NCBI GenBank assembly: GCA_944388805.1
Contig: CALXKE010000001.1
Location: 48,090-112,089 of the forward strand
DNA from: an uncultured Clostridia bacterium
GTDB lineage: Bacteria; Bacillota; Clostridia; TANB77; CAG-508
Length of the DNA: 64,000 nt
Reading direction: 5' to 3'
Part shown: piece after piece, positions 1 to 12,025 of the stretch
Layout: each line of letters begins with the position of its first letter
Numbering within the stretch: the first letter of the stretch is position 1
Notes under the pieces: generated by a model
Seen by the model: only the letters and a program-made list of their open reading frames with translations
What the model was told of the DNA's origin: nothing
The model's database searches: none
Made by a program: the position numbers and the translations under genes

Positions 1-917
1 CACATTTTATCATACCATTTCCAACTATCTTCAGGTTCACAAACAACAATCATTTCCTGTTTTTCAAATTGGTGAATTCTATATACACCACGTTCTTCGA
101 TTCCATGAGCACCTTTTTCTTTTCTGAAACAAGGAGAATAAGAAGTCATGGTGTATGGCATATCTTCTTTTCTTAAAATTTGATCTTTAAATTTACCAAT
201 CATAGAATGTTCAGAAGTACCAATTAAATATAAATCTTCTCCTTCAATTTTATACATCATGGCATCCATTTCTTCAAAACTCATAACACCAGTTACAACA
301 TCACTTCTTATCATAAAAGGTGGGATACAATAGGTAAACCCTTTATTAATCATAAAATCTCTGGCATAAGTTAAAACAGCAGAATGTAATCTTGCAACAT
401 CACCCATTAAATAATAAAAACCGTTACCAGAAACACGTCTAGCGCTATCCAAATCTAGACCGCCTAAGTTTTCTAATATTTCACCATGAAAAGGAATTTC
501 ATAGTCAGGAACAATAGGTTCTCCAAATTTTTCAACCTCTACATTTTCAGAATCATCTTTTCCAATAGGAACAGATTCATGCATAATGTTTGGTATTTTC
601 ATCATTCTAGTTTTAATTTCTTCAGCATATTCATTCTCTAGTTTTTCATTTTCTTCAAGTTTAGCGTTGATTTCTTGAACTTGTGCTTTGATTTTTTCAG
701 CTTCATCCTTTTTACCAGCTTTCATCAATTCTCCAATTTGAGAACTTAAGTTTTTTCTTTCAGCTCTTAAATTATCACCAGTAAGTTGTGCTTCTCTATT
801 TTTCTTATCTAAGTCAATGACTTCATCAACCATAACCAATTTATGGTCTTGAAATTTTTTCTTGATATTTTCTTTTACGATGTCAGGATGTTCTCTTAAA
901 AATTTAATATCTATCAT
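1..917 (-). CDS. serS: seryl-tRNA synthetase, N-terminal part; gene runs off the window start
   Basis: Reverse-strand translation from ATG 915-917 gives MIDIKFLREHPDIVKEN...coiled-coil...SGNGFYYLMGD...YSPCFRKEKGAHG, typical SerRS N-terminal arm plus class II core motifs. RBS tcctcct at 922-928 (minus-strand GGAGGA). Not in the ORF track because the gene is partial. Confidence 0.75.
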   Translation of the reverse strand, partial: MIDIKFLREHPDIVKENIKKKFQDHKLVMVDEVIDLDKKNREAQLTGDNLRAERKNLSSQIGELMKAGKKDEAEKIKAQVQEINAKLEENEKLENEYAEEIKTRMMKIPNIMHESVPIGKDDSENVEVEKFGEPIVPDYEIPFHGEILENLGGLDLDSARRVSGNGFYYLMGDVARLHSAVLTYARDFMINKGFTYCIPPFMIRSDVVTGVMSFEEMDAMMYKIEGEDLYLIGTSEHSMIGKFKDQILRKEDMPYTMTSYSPCFRKEKGAHGIEERGVYRIHQFEKQEMIVVCEPEDSWKWYDKM

Positions 918-933
918 AAAAATCCTCCTTTTT

Positions 934-1019
934 TGTCTCATTGAGATTGTTTGTGTCGCATTGAGTTCGTTTGTCTATGCGACATTTGTCTCATTGAGAT
1001 CGTTTGTCTATACGACATT
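934..1019. repeat. Family-2 repeat, about 3 tandem 31-nt palindromic units (tgtctcattgagNtcgtttgtctatgcgacat)
   Basis: Direct reading; unit has 8-bp terminal inverted ends atgtcgcat/atgcgacat; other copies at 13065, 15256, 19928, 22688, 39561, 63567. Confidence 0.8.
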
Positions 1020-1287
1020 ATTTTTTAGTATAATCTTTTTCTAAATCTGTTACTAACGCAAATCTTGTTTTTTGACCAGTGATATTGTCTGGTCTTTCTG
1101 GAATTTCTTCTAAAAACATTTTCTCAGGTCTCACCCATAAGGAGCGCCCATCTTCTCTAGGGTATAAAGGTTTATATACAACCATTCTTTCTTTTGTTTC
1201 CGAGTTATATGCCACATTTTCAACAAAGTAATAGTTTCCTTTAAAATGACGATAAACTTGTCCAATTTTTACTTCTTCCATAAACAC
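1018..1287 (-). CDS. DUF1653-family small protein
   Basis: 89 aa; motif GQVYRHFKGNYYFV...SETKERMVVYKPLY...LWVRPEKMF resembles DUF1653 as recalled from memory. Confidence 0.5.
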   Translation of the reverse strand: MFMEEVKIGQVYRHFKGNYYFVENVAYNSETKERMVVYKPLYPREDGRSLWVRPEKMFLEEIPERPDNITGQKTRFALVTDLEKDYTKK

Positions 1288-1427
1288 ACGCTCCTTTACA
1301 ATACGAAGTCATTATATAATATTTTTTCATAAATGGCAATAAAATTGGGCAAAATAACCAATATAAATCGTTGTTTAATCGTCGACCCAGCATTTTTAAA
1401 TAATAAAAATATATGTATGATTAAACT

Positions 1428-2318
1428 GTGACAAAAGCGGAAATAGAAAGAGGTATAAAAATGTTTTTTGAAATGATAAAATTTTTTATATATTCTATAT
1501 TGATTGTCGTGATATCAAAATATATATTAGTAAAAGCTTTGCGAAAGTTAGCAGAGAACTTAAAACTAAAGCCAAGGACGATAGGAAATATTGCAGGTAT
1601 GGCTACATCGATTCCTGAATTATTGACCGTAACGGTATCGAGTTTTAGAGGATTAATAGGAACTAGTTTATATAATATTATCAGTTCTAATGTGATTAAT
1701 TTTATTCAATATATAATATCGTTAATAATAAACAACAATCATAAGGTTATTAAAAATACAGGAATTGTGATTCAAAATATATTAGTAATATTAACCATTA
1801 TTTTTCCCATCATCTTATTAAAGTTAGGAAATACATTAAATATAATAATAGCAGGTATATTAGTTGTGATGTATGTTATTTTTTACTGGATTTCTAAAAG
1901 AATACATGAAAGATACTTAAATGATGTAGAAAATCAATTTGAAGAAATAAATTTTGAGGAAAATGAAGAAGAGAAAGAAAACGATAAGAGTAAACAATCA
2001 TTTATATATGTAGGATATATTTTAATAGCAGGTATCTTACTTTATTTTATAGGAGATGCATTGGGAAATGTATTGGAAAGCTTATCAGAAAGTTTTGGAA
2101 TTGCAGAATGGATTTTAGGCATTTTATTAGGAGTGATAACCAGTATTCCTGAATTGGTTACATTTTTTGAGTCACAAAAACATTATAAAAAGGAAGAAGA
2201 TAAAAATCTATTGGGAGTCATAGAAGCAACAAATAATTTGTTAACTTCCAATATGTTAAACTTGTTTATTATACAAGCAATTGGGATAGTTATATATATA
2301 ATAGTGATGTTACATTAG
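1428..2318 (+). CDS. CaCA-family cation/Ca2+ exchanger-like membrane protein
   Basis: Polytopic membrane protein with two alpha-repeat signatures: GMATSIPELLTVTVS and GVITSIPELVTFF. Confidence 0.55.
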   Translation: MTKAEIERGIKMFFEMIKFFIYSILIVVISKYILVKALRKLAENLKLKPRTIGNIAGMATSIPELLTVTVSSFRGLIGTSLYNIISSNVINFIQYIISLIINNNHKVIKNTGIVIQNILVILTIIFPIILLKLGNTLNIIIAGILVVMYVIFYWISKRIHERYLNDVENQFEEINFEENEEEKENDKSKQSFIYVGYILIAGILLYFIGDALGNVLESLSESFGIAEWILGILLGVITSIPELVTFFESQKHYKKEEDKNLLGVIEATNNLLTSNMLNLFIIQAIGIVIYIIVMLH

Positions 2319-2444
2319 ATACAAAAATAGTATAAAGTTAATGAAAAGTGTAAAAAAATATATGACAAAAATATGATGTGTAGAATAAAAAACACATCAT
2401 ATTTTTGTTCACACAAAATTCACAAAATATTTTAGCAGAAAGTA

Positions 2445-2471
2445 TTGACAAGTGCTAAAATCGGGTATAAT
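2445..2471 (+). promoter_or_regulatory. sigma-A-type promoter of the hrcA operon (TTGACA-N15-TATAAT)
   Basis: ttgaca at 2445-2450, tataat at 2466-2471; lies directly upstream of CIRCE. Confidence 0.5.
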
Positions 2472-2481
2472 ATATATGAAG

Positions 2482-2508
2482 TTAGCAAACAAACAACAAG
2501 AGTGCTAA
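2482..2508 (+). promoter_or_regulatory. CIRCE operator (HrcA binding site)
   Basis: TTAGCAAAC-N9-GAGTGCTAA versus consensus TTAGCACTC-N9-GAGTGCTAA; located between the promoter and hrcA. Confidence 0.8.
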
Positions 2509-2580
2509 AAAGCAATATATAATAAAATATATAAAAACATCATGCCATATATATTGAAAACTAACAATTAAACTAAAGAG

Positions 2581-3594
2581 GTGAGAAAATTGTTAGATGA
2601 TAGAAAAAAGAAAGTGCTACAAGCAATTGTGGAAGAATATATTAATACAGCAGAGCCAGTTAGTTCAAATGCATTAACAACAAATCATGGATTAGATTGC
2701 AGTAGTGCAACCATTCGAAATGAAATGGCAGATTTGGAAAAGGCAGGGTATTTGGATAAAACACATACTTCAAGTGGTAGAGTACCTTCTGAAAAAGGTT
2801 ATCGATATTATGTAGATGAACTGTTAAAAGATGATGATATTAGTCTTGAGGAAATCAAATATATTAGTGATAAATTAGAAACAAAGGTAAATGAAATTGA
2901 AGATTTAACAAAGATTGCGGCAAATACGATATCAGAAGTAACACATTATACAACAGTATCTATAGGCCCAAAAGCAAACAGTCAGATTATAGAAGAAATC
3001 AAATTTGTATTATTAGGCTCTAGAATGATGATGGCAGTTATCTTGACAGATAGTGGATTAGTAAAAGAAACCATTATTAAATTTGATGAAGATGTGACAG
3101 AAAAACAAGTAGAAACTATTAATTATATGTTTAATAAAAAATTAAAAGGACAGCCAATTGAAACAATTGATAGACCTTTAGAAGATTATTTGTATGATGA
3201 AATGACATATAGTGTCAATGTGATTAAGCCAATTATTGAGCAAATTAAAAAAGTATTAGAAGAGGAAAATGTATATTTAGAGGGCGCTAATAAGTCATTT
3301 GATTTACCAGAATTTAATAGCTTGGAAGTTGCTAAAAACTTTGTTAATATATTGGATACAAAAGAATTGGTAACAGATATGTTAGATTCAGGAATTGCAG
3401 ATGATATTCATGTATATATCGGAGAAGAAAATCAGAAAGAAGAGTTGAAAGATTTTAGCGTTGTTACTTTTAAGCATAAGGTAAATGGAAAGGATTTAGG
3501 AACGATTGGGATTATTGGACCTAAAAGAATGGATTATTCAAAAGTGATTTCTGTTATGAAATATATTAATAAGAAATTAAAAGAAATAGAGTAA
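2581..3594 (+). CDS. hrcA: heat-inducible transcription repressor HrcA (true start may be TTG at 2590)
   Basis: LLDDRKKKVLQAIVEEYINTAEPVSS... typical HrcA N-terminus; first gene of the hrcA-grpE-dnaK-dnaJ order; CIRCE upstream. Confidence 0.85.
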   Translation: MRKLLDDRKKKVLQAIVEEYINTAEPVSSNALTTNHGLDCSSATIRNEMADLEKAGYLDKTHTSSGRVPSEKGYRYYVDELLKDDDISLEEIKYISDKLETKVNEIEDLTKIAANTISEVTHYTTVSIGPKANSQIIEEIKFVLLGSRMMMAVILTDSGLVKETIIKFDEDVTEKQVETINYMFNKKLKGQPIETIDRPLEDYLYDEMTYSVNVIKPIIEQIKKVLEEENVYLEGANKSFDLPEFNSLEVAKNFVNILDTKELVTDMLDSGIADDIHVYIGEENQKEELKDFSVVTFKHKVNGKDLGTIGIIGPKRMDYSKVISVMKYINKKLKEIE

Positions 3595-3795
3595 ATTTGA
3601 GAAATAATCATCATTTGGCGTTGTTGACCTTCATTTTTAATTTATAGCTAAAGCTTACTGATGCTGTAACAAGCAGAGCTTTAACAGCCTCAGCATCAAC
3701 GTACAAATAGTACGCCTCATAAATTAAAAACTCGGTCGCCTAGCCAAATAACGATTCTTTTCCAAATTAGAAATTTGAGAAAGGTAGGTTAAAGA

Positions 3796-4308
3796 ATGGC
3801 AGAGAAAAAAGAAGAGTTAGAAAATGACGTAAAAAAAGAAGAAAAAGTAGAAAATAAAAAAGAAAAAAAGGAGCAAGAGATTGTACCAAAATCAGAATAT
3901 GACGAATTAGATGATAGATATAAAAGAATTTTAGCAGAATTTGAGAACTTTAAAAAGAGAAGTGCAAAAGAAAGAGAAAGTTTATATAATTCTATCTTAT
4001 CAGATGTAGTAGCAGTTATGCTTCCTATATTAGATAACTTGGAAAATGCTGCTAAAGTTGAAACAAAAGATGAAGAGTACAAAAAAGGAATTGAATTGGT
4101 ATTGAAACAATTTCAAGATACATTAAAAGCAAAAGGTGTAGAAGAAATTAAAACTGTAGGAGAAACTTTTGATCCAGAATTACATGAGGCAGTAAGTAGT
4201 GTACAAGATGATACTAAAGGTGAAAAAGAAATTGTTCAAGAATATAGAAAAGGATATAAAATTGGTTCAAAGGTTATTAGACATTCTATGGTAGTGGTAG
4301 CCAACTAA
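3796..4308 (+). CDS. grpE: nucleotide exchange factor GrpE
   Basis: 170 aa; acidic and K-rich N-terminus, YKRILAEFENFKKR motif, operon context. Confidence 0.85.
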   Translation: MAEKKEELENDVKKEEKVENKKEKKEQEIVPKSEYDELDDRYKRILAEFENFKKRSAKERESLYNSILSDVVAVMLPILDNLENAAKVETKDEEYKKGIELVLKQFQDTLKAKGVEEIKTVGETFDPELHEAVSSVQDDTKGEKEIVQEYRKGYKIGSKVIRHSMVVVAN

Positions 4309-4344
4309 AACAATTACAAGCGGCATCTTACTGCGTTAAACTTC

Positions 4345-4605
4345 ATAAAAATTTTTTCGATGTACAAAGCGTACTATCTCAAAAATTTTTACTTGTTTGC
4401 CTTGTAATATACCACTTCTAATTGTTTTAGAAATAAATGAATGAAAAGCAGCAATCTTCACATTTTTACAAATTTGTTCAAACCTCGATGTACCATAAGT
4501 ACACCTTCGGCTTGACCAATTTTATAAAAATGCAAATCTTACTACTTTTCATCCATTTAATCAGAAAAAAGAAAGTAGCAATCTTCACATTTTTACAAAT
4601 TATAG
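4345..4605. repeat. Family-3 repeat region: two degenerate copies of the TGTAC-N4-5-GTACA core (4355-4378, 4476-4520) plus a local 28-nt direct repeat agcaatcttcacatttttacaaatt (4447-4475 and 4576-4603)
   Basis: Direct comparison with the tandem copies at 47027-47285: tcaaacctcgatgtacNNNNgtacaccttcggcttga. Confidence 0.6.
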
Positions 4606-4620
4606 AAATAGGAGTTAAGA

Positions 4621-5207
4621 TGAAACAAGAAATAGAAAAGAAATATGCTGTAAACTATCTCCCAGAAGATTTAAACATAACAAATATATTGGATATAGAA
4701 CAAGCATTTATCTATAAAGATGCAAAAACAGTGATTAGAATTCGAAAAATACAAAATAAAAAGGATAAGCATATAGAATATATTTATACAGTTAAAACAA
4801 AAGGAGACATAGCGTATCATCAAGATTCTACTGTTGCAAATGCATATGAAATAGAAAGTTATCTTCAGGAAGAAGAGTTTAATGAACTTATAAAAAATAG
4901 AATTAGTAGCATAATAAGAAAGACGAGAATGATTATACCAATAGAAAATAACTTAAAAGTAGAAATGGACATATATAAAGATTACTTACAAGACTTAATA
5001 ACAGCAGAAGTAGAATTTCCAAGTGAAGATATAGCAAATGCTTTCCAAAAGCCAGAATGGCTGGGTGAAGAAATGCAATATAAAGAATTATCTAATTGGA
5101 AATTATCCAATATGACAAAAGAAGAGTGGATGAAAAAACTAACAAAAGAAATGATAGAAAACAATCGAAAAATCATTCTTGATTTAAAAAAGAATGAAAA
5201 AATATGA
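4621..5207 (+). CDS. CYTH-domain protein (triphosphate tunnel metalloenzyme family)
   Basis: MKQEIEKKY... carries the N-terminal ExExK signature of CYTH; RBS ggagttaag upstream. The ORF-track start at 4437 is probably an over-extension into the repeat region. Confidence 0.55.
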
Positions 5208-5231
5208 AAGGTATTAATTTTAAAAATATAA

Positions 5232-7178
<1,947 letters not shown>

Positions 7179-7187
7179 TAAATAAAA

Positions 7188-7454
7188 AGGGATTTTGGGG
7201 ACGGACTCAAATTTCCCTTTTTATCCAATTAGGACGTTTGAGGGATTTTGGGGACGGACTCATTTTTCCCTTTTTAGAATTTTAAGTATATAAAAAATAT
7301 AAATTATAAAGATGAACTAGTTTTGCATACTTAAAATTAAACTTAGAAAGTTAGTTTACACATAAAATTATAATAATGTTGTATTTTATAATTTTAGGGG
7401 ATTAATGCAAAAAAGGGAAAAATGAGTCCGTCCCCAAAATCCCTCAAACGTCCT
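7188..7454. repeat. Family-1 inverted-repeat element, copy A, between dnaK and dnaJ
   Basis: Left arm ggacgtttgagggattttggggacggactcatttttcccttttt; right arm is its exact reverse complement at 7410-7454; 130-bp AT-rich interior; an extra partial unit at 7188-7225. Confidence 0.85.
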
Positions 7455-7485
7455 AAAAAATTAGAAAGAGGAGAAGGTTAAAAGA

Positions 7486-8658
7486 ATGGCAGGTAAAAGA
7501 GATTATTATGAAGTTTTAGGTGTCAATAAAAATGCGACAGATGACGAATTAAAAAAAGCATATAGAAAACTAGCAAAAAAATATCATCCAGATGCCAATC
7601 CAGATAATAAAGAAGAAGCAGAAGCCAAATTTAAAGAGGTCAATGAAGCTTATGAAACATTATCAGACCCACAAAAAAGAAAGATGTATGATCAATTTGG
7701 ACCTGATGGCCCACAAGGATTTAATGGTGGAGCAGGAGGACCATTTGGTGGACAGAATGGATATTATTCATATACATCTTCTGGTTTTGATGGATTTGGT
7801 GACTTCGGAGATTTAGGAGATATCTTTTCTTCATTCTTTGGTGGAGGTTTTGGTGGTGGCAGAAGTAGTAGCAGAAAACAAAATGGACCAAGAAAAGGTG
7901 CAGACTTAAATCTTCATATTGATATTACTTTTGAGCAAGCTTTCTTAGGAGTAGAAAAAGAAATAACGATTACTAGAAATGAAGAATGCCAAGTCTGCCA
8001 TGGAACAGGTGCAAAACCAGGTACATCTGTTACAAAATGCCCAACTTGTAATGGTACAGGACAAATTAGACAAGTGCAAAATACAATCTTGGGACAAATG
8101 CAAACTACAAGAACTTGTACAAATTGCCATGGTACAGGTGAAGTCATAAAAGAACCTTGTGAAAATTGTCGAGGAAAAGGAACTGTTAGAAAACAACCAA
8201 AAATAAAAGTAAAAATACCAGCAGGAATTGATGATGGTCAAACCGTTGTCTTAAGAGGTGAAGGAGAACCAGGAGAAAAAGGTGGCCCTAAAGGTGATTT
8301 ATATATAACGGTTCGATTAAAGAAACATAGTATCTATTCAAGAAAAGGAAGTAATGTATATTGTGAAGTGCCAATTACGATTACACAGGCAGCTTTAGGG
8401 GCAGAACTAGAAATACCAATGGTTGATGGAAGTAAAGAAAAATATAAAATACCAGAGGGAACACAAACAGGAACTAAGTTTGCCATAAGAGGAAAAGGAT
8501 TTAAATCTGTAACTTCAAGTTCGGTTGGTGATTTTGTATTTACAGTAAATGTTCAAACACCAAAGAAACTTTCTAAAGAACAAAGAGAATTGCTAGTACA
8601 ATTAGCAAGAACGATGAATGAACAACCACCAATAAAGAAGAGAGGAATATTTGGATAA
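7486..8658 (+). CDS. dnaJ: molecular chaperone DnaJ
   Basis: J-domain with HPD motif (YHPDANPDN), G/F-rich region, four CxxCxGxG zinc-finger repeats. Confidence 0.95.
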   Translation: MAGKRDYYEVLGVNKNATDDELKKAYRKLAKKYHPDANPDNKEEAEAKFKEVNEAYETLSDPQKRKMYDQFGPDGPQGFNGGAGGPFGGQNGYYSYTSSGFDGFGDFGDLGDIFSSFFGGGFGGGRSSSRKQNGPRKGADLNLHIDITFEQAFLGVEKEITITRNEECQVCHGTGAKPGTSVTKCPTCNGTGQIRQVQNTILGQMQTTRTCTNCHGTGEVIKEPCENCRGKGTVRKQPKIKVKIPAGIDDGQTVVLRGEGEPGEKGGPKGDLYITVRLKKHSIYSRKGSNVYCEVPITITQAALGAELEIPMVDGSKEKYKIPEGTQTGTKFAIRGKGFKSVTSSSVGDFVFTVNVQTPKKLSKEQRELLVQLARTMNEQPPIKKRGIFG

Positions 8659-8857
8659 TAAAAAGAGACTTAAATATTAGATGAGAATCTGATAATTGAG
8701 TCTTTTTTTGTTGAACAGAAAAAATGTTTAAGAAAGCCCGCTATTGTTCTGGGATAGGAAAAAGTTAAAGAATTTGTTTTATTCTTTATTTTACTAGACA
8801 GATACTTGAAAAAAAGATATAATATACAAGAATATAAAGAATAAAAAGGTGTAAAAA

Positions 8858-9331
8858 ATGAAGAAAAAAGTATTATTTATATCAAGTACAGGAGGGCATT
8901 TAACAGAATTATTACAACTTTCTCCTTTATTTGAAAAATATGATTATCATATTATAACAGAAAAAGATAAAGTGAATGAACATTTAAAAGAAACATATGG
9001 AGATAAACTAGATTTTTTACCTTATGGAACAAGAGCAAAACTATTTACATATATATTTAAATATTTGTATTTATGTATCAAAACAGTATATTATTATTTT
9101 AAATTAAGACCAAAGGTAATTGTAACAACAGGGACACATACAGCAGGACCAATGTGCATATTAGGAAAACTATTTGGAAGTAAAATTATCTATATAGAAA
9201 CTTTTGCGAATACCAATAAAAAAACAGCAACAGGAAGATTATTATATCCTATTGCAGATTTATTCATTGTGCAATGGGAAGAAATGCTAAAAATATATCC
9301 AAAAGCAGTTTATGGAGGTTCGATTTATTAA
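8858..9331 (+). CDS. Alg14-like glycosyltransferase accessory subunit (EpsF/Cps14G-like)
   Basis: 157 aa; ISSTGGHLTEL motif; followed by an overlapping Alg13-like partner gene. Confidence 0.55.
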   Translation: MKKKVLFISSTGGHLTELLQLSPLFEKYDYHIITEKDKVNEHLKETYGDKLDFLPYGTRAKLFTYIFKYLYLCIKTVYYYFKLRPKVIVTTGTHTAGPMCILGKLFGSKIIYIETFANTNKKTATGRLLYPIADLFIVQWEEMLKIYPKAVYGGSIY

Positions 9332-9819
9332 TGATATTTGTAATGTTAGGAACACAAAACAATTCATTTCAAAGACTTTTAGAAGAAATAGATACATTAA
9401 TTAGCAAAAATGTAATTAATGAAGAAGTAGTGGTACAGGCGGGATATACCCAGTATCAACCAAAAAACGAAAAAATGAAGATAATAGATTTTATGCCAAG
9501 AGAAGAATTAGATACATTTGAAGAAAAAGCGAATTTCATTATCACACATGGGGGAGTAGGTTCTATTATTACTTCACTTGAAAAAGGAAAAAAAGTAATT
9601 GCCGTGCCAAGATTACATCAATATGGAGAACATGTGAATAATCATCAAACAGAAATTGTAGAAAAGTTTCATAAAGGAGGAAACATTATTGGACTGCAAT
9701 CTGTAGAAGAATTAGAAGAGGCAATCAAGAAGGTACAAGATTTTGAACCAAAACCATATATAGAAAATAATCATAAAATGTTAAAGTTAATAGAAAACTT
9801 TATAGATAATATACAATAA
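9331..9819 (+). CDS. Alg13-like glycosyltransferase catalytic subunit (GT28 C-terminal domain; EpsE/Cps14F-like)
   Basis: MIFVMLGTQNNSFQRLL...ITHGGVGSI; start ATG at 9331 overlaps the stop of the previous gene (taATG). Confidence 0.55.
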   Translation: MIFVMLGTQNNSFQRLLEEIDTLISKNVINEEVVVQAGYTQYQPKNEKMKIIDFMPREELDTFEEKANFIITHGGVGSIITSLEKGKKVIAVPRLHQYGEHVNNHQTEIVEKFHKGGNIIGLQSVEELEEAIKKVQDFEPKPYIENNHKMLKLIENFIDNIQ

Positions 9820-9846
9820 AATGACGGTAAAGAAAGAGGAAAAAAA

Positions 9847-11835
9847 TTGAAAGAAAAAATAAAAGAAAATCAAAAGATAAAAGAAAAGATAAAGGAGAAG
9901 TTAGAAAAATTAAAAAAGAAAGAAACAGATGAAAAGGAAATGAAAATAACCAAGGCAAAAATAAAAGAGGTATCCAATCGATTTTTTAATTCGATAGGAT
10001 TTCCAATTTTAATAGGAATTTTATTACTATTAAAAACAATCTTTTTTTACCTAAATACTATATCTATTCGAGAAACGATAGATAAAGATACAATCTTAGG
10101 TACAATTGCATTTTTAGCAACAGTGATTTGTATGATATGTGCATTACCCAATAGGGGAAGAACGATTACCACAATAGTAGTAGATATATTATTAAGTATC
10201 ATATTATTTGCTGATAATGTATATCATACCTATTCAAGTTCTGTTTTGTCTGTGGCACAAATCATGAATCTCCAATATGGAGAAGAAATTATGGATACTT
10301 TGCCAATGCTAATAAAAGCAAAAGAAATTTTATATTTCTTAGATATTTTATTGATGATAGTATTACTATGTGCAAAAGTTTTAAAAATTTATAAAAAAGA
10401 AAAAACAGATTGGAAAAAGAAGATAGCAAAAGTTTTAGTGGGCGTAATTGCAATTGTATTGTTTTTAAAAATAGATGTGGATTTTATTGAAAAAACAAAA
10501 GAAGATCCATTTAATAAAGATATGCAGGTAAAGAAGAGTACAATTTATGGATATCATATATCAGATATAGAAAATACAATTAATATAAAAAAGCAAGCAA
10601 AATATACAACGAAAGAAACACTTATAGCTGATTATAATGAACTTAAAGAAGACTATGATGAAAAATATGGAAAGACTAATTATGATTTACAAGGAATTGC
10701 AAAAGGAAAAAATGTTATCATTTTACAATTAGAATCTATTCAAAACTTTGTCATTAATAAAGAAATTAATGGAAAAGAGATTACACCAAACTTAAATAAG
10801 TTTATCAATGATAATATTGAAATATCAAATATGTTTATGCAAAGTTATTCTTCAACAGCTGATTCAGAATTTTCGACAGTAACATCTTTATATCCAATGG
10901 AAAATGGCATGTCATATAGCCGATATTATACAAATGCGTATGATAACATATTTACGATGTTTGCTAATGAGGGATATACGACATCTTATATGCATGGAAA
11001 TTATGGGTTTTTCTGGAATAGAGAAAATGTATACCACACCTTTGGAGTAGAAAATATTGAGTTAAAAGATTCTTTTGCAGATACATCAGAAAATATTATG
11101 GGATATTTATCAGATGAATTACTATATACACAAGCAGTAGAGAAATTAAAAAAATATGATATGCCATTTGTTTCCTATATTGTTTCAGCATCTTCACACA
11201 CATCATTTAGTTTGGAGGGATTAGAAGATAGGAGCAAAGTGAATATTGATGTTGGAAAATATAAAGATACATTTTTTGGAAACTATTTAGAAGCTGTTAA
11301 TTATGCAGATTATGCTTTTGGAGTATTGATAGATAAATTAAAAGAAGCCAATTTATATGATGATACAGTAATTCTTTTATTTGGTGATCATAATGGAATG
11401 GATATGTATAATGAAGAAATGTTAGACTTTTTGCAAGGAACAGATTCAGAATTAACAGATACAGATATAAAATTAAATTATATCAGGGTAGCTTGTGGAA
11501 TGAAAATTCCAGGAATAGAAAATATAAAAATAGAAAAACCAGTCAGCAAATTAGACATAAAACCAACATTTGCTTATTTAATAGATGGAGATGCTGGATT
11601 TAGCTTAGGAACTAATATGTTTGCAAGAAAAGATTTTATATGTCTAAATAATGAAAGAATTGTTACAAGTCGATATTATTTTGATGAAAAATGGTATCGA
11701 ATCAAGGACGGAGAAGAAATAAACTTAGAAGAACTACCACAAGACGAAAGAGAATTATTGGAAGACTATTACGAGAAAATGAGAAGAGAATTAGATATAT
11801 CTATTTCAATTAGCATTAACAATTTGTTGAAATAG
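9847..11835 (+). CDS. LtaS-like phosphoglycerol transferase / sulfatase-family membrane protein
   Basis: N-terminal TM segments followed by an extracellular alkaline-phosphatase-superfamily domain (SYSSTADSEFS...). Unusual KEKIKE-repeat N-terminus; the true start may be internal. Confidence 0.6.
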   Translation: MKEKIKENQKIKEKIKEKLEKLKKKETDEKEMKITKAKIKEVSNRFFNSIGFPILIGILLLLKTIFFYLNTISIRETIDKDTILGTIAFLATVICMICALPNRGRTITTIVVDILLSIILFADNVYHTYSSSVLSVAQIMNLQYGEEIMDTLPMLIKAKEILYFLDILLMIVLLCAKVLKIYKKEKTDWKKKIAKVLVGVIAIVLFLKIDVDFIEKTKEDPFNKDMQVKKSTIYGYHISDIENTINIKKQAKYTTKETLIADYNELKEDYDEKYGKTNYDLQGIAKGKNVIILQLESIQNFVINKEINGKEITPNLNKFINDNIEISNMFMQSYSSTADSEFSTVTSLYPMENGMSYSRYYTNAYDNIFTMFANEGYTTSYMHGNYGFFWNRENVYHTFGVENIELKDSFADTSENIMGYLSDELLYTQAVEKLKKYDMPFVSYIVSASSHTSFSLEGLEDRSKVNIDVGKYKDTFFGNYLEAVNYADYAFGVLIDKLKEANLYDDTVILLFGDHNGMDMYNEEMLDFLQGTDSELTDTDIKLNYIRVACGMKIPGIENIKIEKPVSKLDIKPTFAYLIDGDAGFSLGTNMFARKDFICLNNERIVTSRYYFDEKWYRIKDGEEINLEELPQDERELLEDYYEKMRRELDISISISINNLLK

Positions 11836-11852
11836 TGACCAATGGTGGTTCG

Positions 11853-12019
11853 AGGAATTTTGAGGGATTTTGGGGACGGACGAAAAGGGAAATCGGGGAC
11901 GGACTCATTTTTCTCTTTTTCTCCAAAACAACTTTAAAATATATTAAATTTTGTGAAAAGGGAAAAATGAGTCCGTCCCCGATTTCCCTTTTCGTCCGTT
12001 CCCAAAATCCCTCAAAATT
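11853..12019. repeat. Family-1 inverted-repeat element, copy B (short interior)
   Basis: aattttgagggattttggggacggacgaaaagggaaatcggggacggactcatttttc mirrored at 11962-12019 with 1 mismatch. Confidence 0.85.
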
Positions 12020-12025
12020 ACGCAA

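Noticed and set aside
3595-3795. GC-enriched 200-bp hrcA-grpE intergenic region as a riboswitch or ncRNA
   Set aside because: Contains only a GTAC-aaata-GTAC palindrome related to the family-3 core and weak hairpins; no recognisable riboswitch consensus. Mentioned under the family-3 finding instead.
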